This document shows positions 12,869-23,075 of a DNA stretch of 64,000 nucleotides, piece by piece (the stretch's first letter is position 1; each line of letters opens with the position of its first letter). The position numbers and the translations under genes were made by a program. Below the pieces are notes generated by a model. It was given only the letters and a program-made list of their open reading frames with translations, was not told the origin of the DNA and ran no database searches. Source of the DNA: Camelus ferus (taxonomy: Eukaryota); contig NC_045696.1 of NCBI RefSeq assembly GCF_009834535.1, positions 112,408,001 through 112,472,000 of the forward strand. The letters are read 5' to 3'.

Positions 12869-13772
12869 CAGCTCTGCCTCCCTGAATCATTCACATCAGT
12901 AGTTGGGTGGCATGGGCTTCTGAAATGAGTGTCACACCACACAATGTCCCACTCATTTTGTGGCTCAACATTTATATATGAAATATTTGCCACCAACGGG
13001 TCAAATCACTCTCAGTTGTCCTAACAAAATGATGCCCATTCATCTAACTTTCCCTCCTTACACCTTTTCCCCATTATTTCAGATGTTCTTGAAATCTGCC
13101 AGATAAAACATCCTGACAGTATCCACACAGGGCCCTCAGGGGACAGATCCAGGGCATCACAGAGTAATCCCACTGAGATTCAGAATGCCCTCACCATTTA
13201 CATCCAGGGAGACAGTGATGAGACCTGGGGAGATTTTCGAGGCTGACTATAGAAGCAAGATTACCCTAAGAAGTTTCCAGGGTTCTCTTGGTGCCCTAAG
13301 AATTCTGTTCAATAGAAAATCATTCCTTGCTTGGGTGGAAAGATGCAGCATATAAATTTGGTACAACATATACCCGTTAATTCAACAAAATGTCAAACTG
13401 CCTGAGAAAGCCTTAGAAAAGGTTTACTTTTTGTGTCACAAGGGAACTGAGTGATAGGAAGGGAAGCTCATGAAAATGAGATTTTCTCTAACTTCTGCCG
13501 ACAGTGAATAAATCAATGGTGTTTTCAAGGCCCTTCAATATCAATGAGTTTATCTCATAAGCAGGCAAGTATTTACAGAATCTAAAAAAAAAAAACTCTC
13601 TCCAGTTTTTCTTTTTTTCTCATCTCCCCATTCCAGCCTAAATTCTTGTTTCCTTTCTCTTTCTGCCATTTCTTTCCTTACTTACTCCTTTTCTCCCTTT
13701 TCTTTGCATAGCTAGAGGAGGAAAAATTTCTCTGACAACTGCTATCTCTGAGTCTTTCCTCTAAAAGCTATG

Positions 13773-14096
13773 AGGGGGAGGGTATAGCTCAGTGGTAGAG
13801 CATGTGCTTAGAATGAATGAGGTCCTGGGTTCAATCCCCAGTACCTCCATTTAAAATAAATCAATAAATCAATAAATCAATAAATCCTTCCATACATATA
13901 TACATAAAACCTAAATAAATAAATAAAAACCTACCTCCCTCCCCCATCAAAAAAAAAAAAAAATTAACTGTAATGGGTCCTATCTGACTGGGCTGTGGAT
14001 TGAGCAAGGAAAGCAAAGAAGATTCATCTAAAAGGTGCACTGCACTCCACCCGCATAATTTGAAATGATTTTTTTAATCAAAATTAAAAAAAATTA
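13773..14096 (+). mobile_element. tRNA-derived SINE (vic-1-like, 13774-13962) plus unique 3' extension inside one TSD pair
   Basis: SINE head and tail; perfect TSD taaaagctatg at 13762-13772 and 14097-14107. Confidence 0.9.
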
Positions 14097-14329
14097 TAAA
14101 AGCTATGTATGTTAAGTGTGGAGGGGAGGTCTTCACTTGGTGTATTTTTTTTTTTTTTTTAAGATTTAGTTTCCCTGCCCTGAACTGGGTTTAGGGTAAT
14201 TGTGTATCTGCTTGAGGGCTGAATGCAATCTCTAACCTTTTTCATAAAGTTTATGGCCCTGGTGCCCCTTTAAAAGTCTCCTGTTTCTGATTGATAGGCT
14301 CATTTCTGATACTAACCGTAAAGAATTGG

Positions 14330-15135
14330 CCATCCCGAAGACAAGCTGCTCCTCCCTCGAGCATCTTGGAAGAGACGGGGAGGGAAGGGCGGCCGCCTCG
14401 TGGACGAGGCCTCCGTTATGGATGGTGCTTCCTGCCTCAATCAGGTTCATCCTTCAGCGGACCAGGCAGGGCCCCGCACCGAGGGACTGCGCCGCAGGAC
14501 GTGGATGCTCAGCCAAGTCCTTTAGTTAATGGGCATGGGGGGGGATGAAAGCCTTATCGCGGGGGTGGGGTGAGGGCAGCAACGCCAGGACCTCTTCCTA
14601 CCTGGTGTCACTTTCTCTGGCATCATCAGCCGAAAGAGAGCAGTCGGCCGACTCACAGTCTTCATCATTCAGTCATTTCAGGCTTTTGGTTTAATCGAAA
14701 TCTTCTGCAGATTTTACCCCTTTAATATTTCTTCTTAGTTTTCATGTCAATATGTTTTCTTTCTTTCTTTCTTTCTTCCCCTCCTTAAGCTGTCTTTCAA
14801 ATATCTCTTCATGGGACAAGTGTGGTGATTAGTGATTCTTCCCTTTTTCTACAACTTGTATGTTTTGGGTCAAAATGACACTTGAATTCTCAGTAAAAGG
14901 AGGCAAAGATGGGAGAGAGGGTGGAGAGAGAGGAAGAGGAGTTGAAAGGGAGAGAGAGAGGGAGGGAGGGAGGTGGGTGAGGAGACACACTCACGTGGGA
15001 GGGGGGAGAAGACACTGACCGAGGGGAAGAGGGAGGAGGGAAGGGAGGAGAGAGGGGGAGGAGTAGATACACTCACACAGAGGGGGAGGGAGGGGAAGGG
15101 AGGCAGGGAGGAAGACTGAGCAGAGGGGAGGGATT
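14330..15135. promoter_or_regulatory. Candidate promoter or first exon: CpG-enriched block plus polypurine tract
   Basis: About 20 CpG in 14330-14700 in an otherwise CpG-poor window; CACGTG at 14992; minus-strand splice donors at 14656 and 14601. Confidence 0.4.
14911..15132. repeat. GA-rich polypurine low-complexity tract
   Basis: Runs of GGGA/GAGA/GGAGG. Confidence 0.85.
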
Positions 15136-15639
15136 TTAGGAATGTTAAAATGTAATTCTTAACTGAAGAGTTAATTTCCTGGAGGAAGGGGAATTAATTT
15201 GTTACTAGCTAAAAGCCCAGCCAGGAGAGGTGCTGTAGAAGAGGGGTCTCACCTGGCAGCCTCTCAGGTATAAGCGAGGAGAAGGGAGGAATCAAAGACC
15301 AGTGACAGCCCAGGAGGAGAAGCAGGCTTTCGAAGAAAGGTTTACCCGTCAATCAAATACGTACTGACACTCCTTATGGTAGGTAGGGTTGTCAGAGCTA
15401 AGACAGTCAATGCTCATAAGGAACCCCCACGTTAGGTGATCAAAACATCAGAACTAAAACCAAATAATCACACCAAGACGTTGTAATGTGATAAAAGGCA
15501 TTTAGAGATGTGGCCAGCACCTCTGTATTCACTCCTGTCTTGATTTCTTTCTTGTATCACATCAGAAAAACCAGCAAAAACAACAGCAACAAAAACAGAA
15601 AAGTCAGTGTCACCGATAACATTTACGTTTCTAAACCCA

Positions 15640-16145
15640 GTAAGAGTATCTTTCAGACCTTACTATTAACAAATAGTATTTGATTTAATGGACCACTTCC
15701 TCCACCTTGAAACATTCTGTGCTTGGGCCTACGGCATACCACAGTCTTTGGGTTTCCAACTAATTCTGTTTCTTTTATTATTATTATTATTTTTTATTTT
15801 GGGGGGGAGGGTTAATTAAGGGATTGAACCCAGGACGTTGTGCATGCTAAGCATGTGCTCGACCACTTGAGTTCTACCCTCCCCACTTTGTTTCTTTTTA
15901 ATCTCTTTTGGAAGATCATCTCCTCTTGCCGACCATAAAGTGTTGCAATTTCTCCAGGGTTCCGTCCTGTGCTTACTTCTCTTCTTTGTGCTCTCTTAGG
16001 CGGTATCATTCAAACTCTGCCTTCAGTTACCTGTAGCATAACCAGGAACACTCAGATGACCTCTCCAGGCAGACCTCTCCCTCTACAACCCATGTGGGAC
16101 GCATGCCTCTCCCCGGTGCCCAGGTAGGGTTAGCCACACCTTAGC
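15640..16145 (+). mobile_element. L2 internal fragment interrupted by a SINE
   Basis: gaccacttcctccaccttgaaacatt...ccagggttccgtcct...ccaggcagacctctcc. Confidence 0.65.
15777..15888 (-). mobile_element. tRNA-derived SINE (vic-1-like), internally deleted
   Basis: Reverse SINE head; TSD tgtttctttt at 15767-15776 and 15889-15898. Confidence 0.9.
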
Positions 16146-16394
16146 TGGGCACTTCCTCGGTAAGTTTGTCTGTTTATAACTGCCAGTTAGGACCTGTGTG
16201 CTATTCAGCTGTGTGTCTTTACTGTTTGACGTGGCATCTGGCATGTGGTCGGGGTTCACTATTTGTTTACCCATTAACTGGAACTGGGGTGGGGTTTGGG
16301 GGAAAATGCAAGGGACCATTCTATATACTGGGGTGCTGCCTCACTTTGCCTTTGTAGATGAGGTAAGACAGTTGATTGAAACAACTTTTCAGAG

Positions 16395-16535
16395 GATAAA
16401 CTCTTAATTATAATCTCTTAACTAAGAAAACGACAAAGGGTAGACATGGGATTTAAAATAGATGATTTGTGGGTTTTTTTTTTTTAATTATCAGAGCTTT
16501 CTACAATGTATACATACTACTTTTATAATTGGGGA
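16395..16535 (+). mobile_element. Ancient L1ME 3' terminal fragment
   Basis: tttctacaatgtatacatactacttttataat terminal motif. Confidence 0.5.
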
Positions 16536-19234
16536 TTTTTTAAAATTAAATTTCTTTTGAGGTCTGCTTTATGTATTGATAGGGCAAAAGAGAAAGGTAT
16601 GTGTGTGTCAGACACACAGAGTCAGGACAGTGAAATGAAAAAGAAGAATGTGAATTACTTGCAGAAATTCTAAGAGTTGGAATCCCTGGAGTCAGAACAC
16701 ATTTTTCTTCAAATAAAAGTATTTCCCAAATTCTTCAATAAGCAGTTACCCAACTTGCCTTTGTTTTCAAGTGACTTTTAGGGATAAACAGGGCAAAGAG
16801 AAAGTATTTACTCAAATGGCTTGTCACTCCTGATTTTCAAGAATTAAACACAGAAAAGTATTTGTAGATAATAAATTTGACAGTAACATATACTTTCCTG
16901 AATTATAACTCAGACTACAATCTTTACTGATGAGATCTAGGCACTGACATCCAGTCAACCAATTCAAGCCATCAAAATAAGCAACCCCTTATGAAAATGA
17001 AAACTGAATATTACATTGGAGAAACTGAAAGCATGTTTTATCAAAGGCAATTTGTCTGTTATCTGACAGCCTTGGAAAACAAGAGGAAAATCATGTCTCT
17101 CACATTAAAATGAAAAGGCAGCAGCTTCTTTAGACATTACAGGAATAAAAGAACCTTGGGTCATTCAGAAAAAAAACCTGTTTACTCTCTATGCTGGCGC
17201 TGCCTGAATTCCTCTCTCTGCACTCTGCTTGGACGGGTAGGGGCTGAGGAAGCACTGGGCAGGGCACATTTCTGCACTAGTTAAGGGATCACAGAAGAAA
17301 GGAGTGTCAGCTTCTTCCTTTAAAAAAATTCTTCCTTTATCAGAAAAAAAAGAATGACTCTACAAAGCAATCTCAAGGGCCGTCAAAGTGTTAAAACCAT
17401 GAGGTGTGCCAGGCAACGGAAGGCTTCCTCCTCCTGCAGGGCAGAGCCAATGGTCACCAATGCCTTCCATCCCTGAGTCAGGCCTCTGACATTATTCATC
17501 ACGTGTTTGGCCTGTGTGAGCTGCATTAGTGTAGGGAATTCACATCCTAGATTCTCAGATATGGTACCAAGTATTACCTAGCTACACATTTAATGGAGGA
17601 ACTTTTAGACTCTGCCCACTGTGATGAGGAAAGCACCCATGAATTCTGGTCGTGCTTTGAGTGGAACAGTTATATTCATGTCTATATCTTGGTTATGTTT
17701 GTTAACGATCACAAGCATAAAGGAAAACTTTAGTCCCATATGTGGCACATCTAGTGAAAGTACTTCTATAATGCTCAACAGTATCACTGCTATTTACAGT
17801 CAGTGCTGCTTGTGTACTGCAAGGATTTGCTTATTTTGTTGCAGCAATTTAACATCATTCTCTGCATATTAAAATGTATTCAGTTTTCTTTTTAAATGGA
17901 CCATCTAGAGGAAAAGCATAGTTATTAACCCAATAACTAGTTCTTTAATGCCAATATTTCAGAAAACTCACGTTTCACTAAAGCACTATATGATGTAGAA
18001 ATGAATTTCATGCAAAGTGGGTGAATCTCTGATTCATCACAAGGGTTTTAATAACTAAAATAATAATAAAGACTTCACAATAATGTAGGAGTGACTCCAG
18101 AAACTGAAAAAAGTGCTCTAGACTGATGCCTAAAATCAAGTGTACTTAACCAATTTACACTTTCTTTAAGTTCTTCAGCTAAATGAACCTCCTTGATTAT
18201 GACATTTGATCACTACCTTTGTAACTAAGGGCCTCCGTGGGTGAAACAAGTCATTTCTGAGGGCTGGAAAGATTGACCCACATGTTCAGTTTGTGGACCT
18301 GCGAGTATAGTGGGGTAGACAGAGTTCTGACACTTTCTAGCTCTGTGGTCTCAGAACCTCAGGTTCCTAAAATGTAATTTGGGAAAACAACACTTTCTAC
18401 TAGTACAAGAAATACTAATGTGCAGAGATGTTAGTCCCCTTCCTGTGTGCTTTACGTACATTTTGGATTCGCACTGGCTAAAGTTATCTCCTTTACTAGA
18501 TGCTGTATTTTTCCCCTCTCGGAACAATTAGCTGAGTGAGTCATAAACATCCCTTAATAAAATGATAAGGACACTTCAGTGAGCACTAAAAGCAGGACCC
18601 TTTTTTGGATAGCCTACAACTGTATGTGAAAAAAACTAAAAATAATGCCATTTTTGATTGCTGATGTCACAGACATTGGCAAGAATATTGAAGCTGTATA
18701 TCAAAATGATATTTTGGGGATAAGTCAGCATAAGAATAAAATACAGCTCCAGAGCTCTCATGAAATTGAGAGATCTCTTTTGTATCAAAGTATATTTATG
18801 AGATAATATTTCAACAGAAATGGAGAAAAAATGGAAATCCATTGCCATTATATTACTATTGTGTTGAAATGGCAATCTTATAATGAAATCTAAAATTCCA
18901 GCTCTCATATCCTAAAGTGGATGCCTGCTTGCTTTAATCTTGGTTATCGTTATATCGCTAAAGCAATCATTGAAATTAGCTTTGGCATTTACAAAAAGGC
19001 AAGATAGGTCGGCCCTTCCCTCCTGCCTCTTCATAATCCACTCTCTAGCTCTGTGGTGTCCTTGACAACAAAGTTCAAGAACACCCTACTGCAACCAGAA
19101 ATTTGGTAATGACAGTATTTGCTGAGTCCTACTAAGTCACAGAGGAGTTGTTAATTCTGGTTCAGCTCACCCATACCACACTCTCTCAGATCTCTCAGTG
19201 ATGGGAGGAAAAAGATTTACTGATATTTCTCTTA

Positions 19235-19355
19235 TCTAGAAGCCGAGCCCGAGTGTGACCCTGTGTGAAGCCCCAATCTCTCAGCGTCTGTGCTTCTTCA
19301 TCTGTAGAACAAGGATCTTTAACTCCATGGTCTACAGATCCCTTTGAGCTCCAGT
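19235..19355 (+). mobile_element. MIR/MIR3 fragment
   Basis: gtgtgacc...ctctcagcgtctgtgcttcttcatctgtagaac...gatccctttgagctc. Confidence 0.6.
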
Positions 19356-21143
19356 GTTTTACGACTGCTATAGTCTTTAAGTTGTTTCTTAAACTTTGGT
19401 TATTCAGGGTCCACTGGCATGAATTTTGCCTTGTTGGCAAGCAACTTTCATTCTTTATGTATTATTTTTATTTAGTTCAGCACACTTCTTGTTTGTTTGT
19501 TTTCTACCCGAATAGATGTGTTTAAGATAGACAGGTTGTACCACTCCTCTAAGTGATAAACCAGCTTCACTTACCTCAAATAGAAGATAAACTGTAAAAA
19601 TAAAAAGGATGGAAAAAAAAAACCCAGTGTAACTGAGTCCTGCTTAAATGCTGTGGCCTAAGGATAGCTCTGAGTCTCAGGACTGATCCCTTGGTAAAAA
19701 AGAGCTACAGAAGATGGAATGCCATCACATTCCGTTCTTAGTAAGAGAATCAGAAGTTTTGGAGGAGAAGTGAAAGGGGAATAAAATAATTTCCTCACTA
19801 TAGGACTTAATATGACTTAAATCATTGCTGGTACCACCACTGATGTAGATCCCGTTGCTGGGGAAAGTCCTGTGCTATTAAAAGGTTGTGGTGCATTTCA
19901 GACTCAACACTCAACAGGCTGGACAAATTCTTCAATTTTAAAAAATGTCTCAACTGTATTCACATACTTATTCTCACAAATGAACATTATATCAGCTTGA
20001 ATCACTTAACTATTTTTTCCCTGAATCCTATGCCATAGTCATTATCAGTAACATTTAATTAGCATAAAATGCTTTGCTCTCCAGAATATAAACCCTAGCA
20101 ATAAATTAACAGAATTATTCCAGCTTACATTTAAATTTGGACAGAAGCAGCTAGTTCTGAATTAAGAAAAAGCTACAATAACAACAACATAAAACAAAAC
20201 AGAGGAAAGTTGTATTCAGTCTTAAAGCATTCAACTGGATGAGACTACACCAAGCAGAGAAAAAAACCAATTCATCATGTCATAAAAAATACATTAAATT
20301 TCAAGTGAATTAGAAAAAGCAATAAAGTTCTTTGGAACTGCTATAGGAATTCTGTTTGAAAATAACCAATTGAACTTACCCAATAGGTTCACTTGAAGAT
20401 GAATTAAAATATGATTATAACATGAGAAATTTATAGTTAAGTAGCATTACATTAATTCCTTATTTTTTCCTAGTACACTTTAATGTGTTTTTCTTTCCTA
20501 TTCCTTGTACCTGCTTATCTTCCCAATAAAAAATAATGAATAATGAAGGAAATAATGGGTAAATGAAATTTTATTTTCACTATAATTAGATTTCCCCTCT
20601 CAAAAATCTTCCATCTTCTTAAATCACTATGAATTAAGCTATAATGTTTCCTTTATTGCAAAATTCCATGCAAAGCATGTTAATCTTTTCTCAGGAAATC
20701 TAGGATCATTCTGGTATAGTCACGTTTACCCAAACTTGGCCAACAGTTTGCAAACATGACTTTCAAGGGGATCTACATGATATAAGTCTGGGTCTTGTTG
20801 AGATATCAGTAATTTTGGCCAGTTCTTCCTTGCCCAAGTGCTTTACCTATGTGAGTACCAAAATTCTGCATTAATCTCCATCCCAGGAGGGTTGGGGGAG
20901 GGAAGAATCTTCTCATGTACTAACAGATGAATTACATAAATTATTTCATCTACTTTTCAAAATAACCCCACAATCTGGGTATGAGTACCCACGTTTTACT
21001 CGAGGCCAGTGAGCCTACCTGCCTCACCCAAGGTCATTTCTGATGATGGAAACTCAGCTTTCTTTTCTCTACATTCAGGACGTTCATCACGCTTCCTCCT
21101 CAAACAAGGTTTTCCAAAACAATCTTTTTCATTTCTCTATTTC

Positions 21144-21360
21144 AGGAATTAGAAAACTATAACCTGTAGCACAAATGTTTCCTGTTGCTCATCTTTATGA
21201 ATAAAGTTTTGTTAGAACAGAGGCATACCCACTCGTTTACACATCGGCTGCTTTTTTCACCAGAACAGCAAAGCTGAGTAGTTGTGACAAAGACTGTGGG
21301 TCCACAAAACCCAGAATACTTAGTATCTGGCCCCTTCCAGAAGAAGTTTGCCAGCCTCTA
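21144..21360 (+). mobile_element. MER58A-like hAT-Charlie MITE
   Basis: aataaagtttttgttagaacag...gctgagtagttgtgacaaagactgt...tatctggccccttccagaagaagtttgcc. Confidence 0.85.
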
Positions 21361-21757
21361 TTCTAGTCCACCTATGTTAGCTGAGAGAAAAGAAGACCAT
21401 CTATACAAGATGTATGTAAAAGAATGGTGGGCAGAATAATTTATACATGTAGTATGATTCCACTTTTGGAAAAAAATGTTAACATTTGCTTCTATGTATA
21501 TATACACAAATACTTTCAAAGTTCATATGCCAAACTGTTGTTATATCTGAGGCATCAGATAATATAAGGAAACTTTCATGACATTTTAAATATTTAAATT
21601 ACTTCAATGTTTAATAATTTAATATTTGCTTATTGTTGGAACTTCTTTCTTCTTTCTTTACTCACCGATTATGGGTCCTCAGGCAAGTTCCTTCATCTCT
21701 GCAGGGCTCTATTTTATCTGGAAAATGAGAAGCTGGGTTAGACAATCTTTCAGATTC

Positions 21758-21865
21758 TTTTTTTTTTTTTTTTTTACTTTATAGATACATTTTTATTGAA
21801 GTATAGTCAGTTTACAACGTTGTATCAGTTTCTGGTGTACAGCATATTATGCTTCAGTCATACAC
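21758..21865 (-). mobile_element. L1 3' tip with poly-T, inserted in a MIR3 fragment (~21670-21885)
   Basis: Poly-T then ttttattgaagtatagtcagtttacaa...tctggtgtacagca; degenerate TSD gattctttt/gactccttt. Confidence 0.85.
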
Positions 21866-22469
21866 GACTCCTTTTAACTCTAATACCTGCCACTATATTT
21901 AACACAGCCACTTAATTTCTTAGTATCATTTAATTTTGATAACTACCAATCATAGGGAAGGAAGTTTGCAGGGGAGCCTACAATTTAAAATTTTCTATTT
22001 TCCATTTTTATTAGAATGTAATCTTCCCAGAAAACTCACTCTTCTCAGGCTGTTTTGCTGGAATCTCTTTTACAAGAATAGTCCCAGGAATTCTAAGGTC
22101 CCACTGTATTTCTGTACACTCAGTCTAAAATCAATTTCTCATCAGAAATTATAGCCAACTGTGATTCCTAGGGACAAAAATTCTCTACCTTGATTTCAAG
22201 TTTGTTTTCTCTGAACAGGCTTTTTTGTTGTTGTTCCCATTCTATGACTTATGTTGGCATCTGTAATTTGTTGACTTGCCTTTGTAAAAAGCATCACGCC
22301 GAACTTTGTCTTCAGAACGCTCATATCCTAGAAGTTCCCATTTCCTCTAAATTTGATTTTGCTTCTTAAGTTTTATTTTAAAAGCAACATTACAAATCTC
22401 AAAATATCATTCAATATATATGCCAATTCCACATCAAATATAGAGTAGAGAACACATTTTTGTAGTCAT

Positions 22470-23075
22470 TTTGTGACTGCTGAAATGACAAAAGTTAAAA
22501 ATCAAAACAAGTACCCAGTAAAGCTGACCTACGCAGACAGTGGACATGGTCCCAGCTAGTGGACGAACGTACAAGTATGGTTTTTTGGGGGGATATTTTC
22601 AATCATATATCTAGAGCCTCAAGAGTTTAACAAAGAAATTTCACTTTCAGGAGTGTGCCCTAAGCAAACAATTAAAAATAAGAAAAAGATAGGCATTGCA
22701 CTATTTATAAAGTGAAAAACTAGAAAACAACTTAAATGAACATAAATAGTGACTCGCTTAAGGCAACTGAGATGCACCAATGTAATTAAGTACTACGCAG
22801 CCATTAAAATTATAATGCAAAAATAATGTAAAAGATCATGGGGAAATGTTCATTCCAAAAAGTAGAAACTTTCTATAAAATATGGCATATAATAGGAGTC
22901 TATGTCTGATAAAAATGCATATGTGTAAAGAGTTGTATGTATGTCAGAAAGGAACTGGGAGAATTCCTGCTAAAATGTCAATGCTGGCTACCACTTGGTG
23001 AAAGGATTATATTAAACTTTTGCATCTTTTGTAAATTTGCGACTTTTCTGCATTAACCACATATTACATTATCAT
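22470..23075 (+). mobile_element. Ancient L1ME 3' region
   Basis: aatttcactttcaggagtgtgccctaag...cattgcactatttataaagtgaaaaactaga...tactacgcagccattaaaa. Confidence 0.7.

Noticed and set aside
14146..14700. Processed pseudogene on minus strand ending in poly-T 14146-14160
   Set aside because: No polyA signal before the tail, no TSD and no recognisable protein.
16340..16368. 5-nt plus-strand microexon pattern tttgtag|ATGAG|gtaaga
   Set aside because: Short pyrimidine tract, no partner exons and adjacent to an L1ME remnant.
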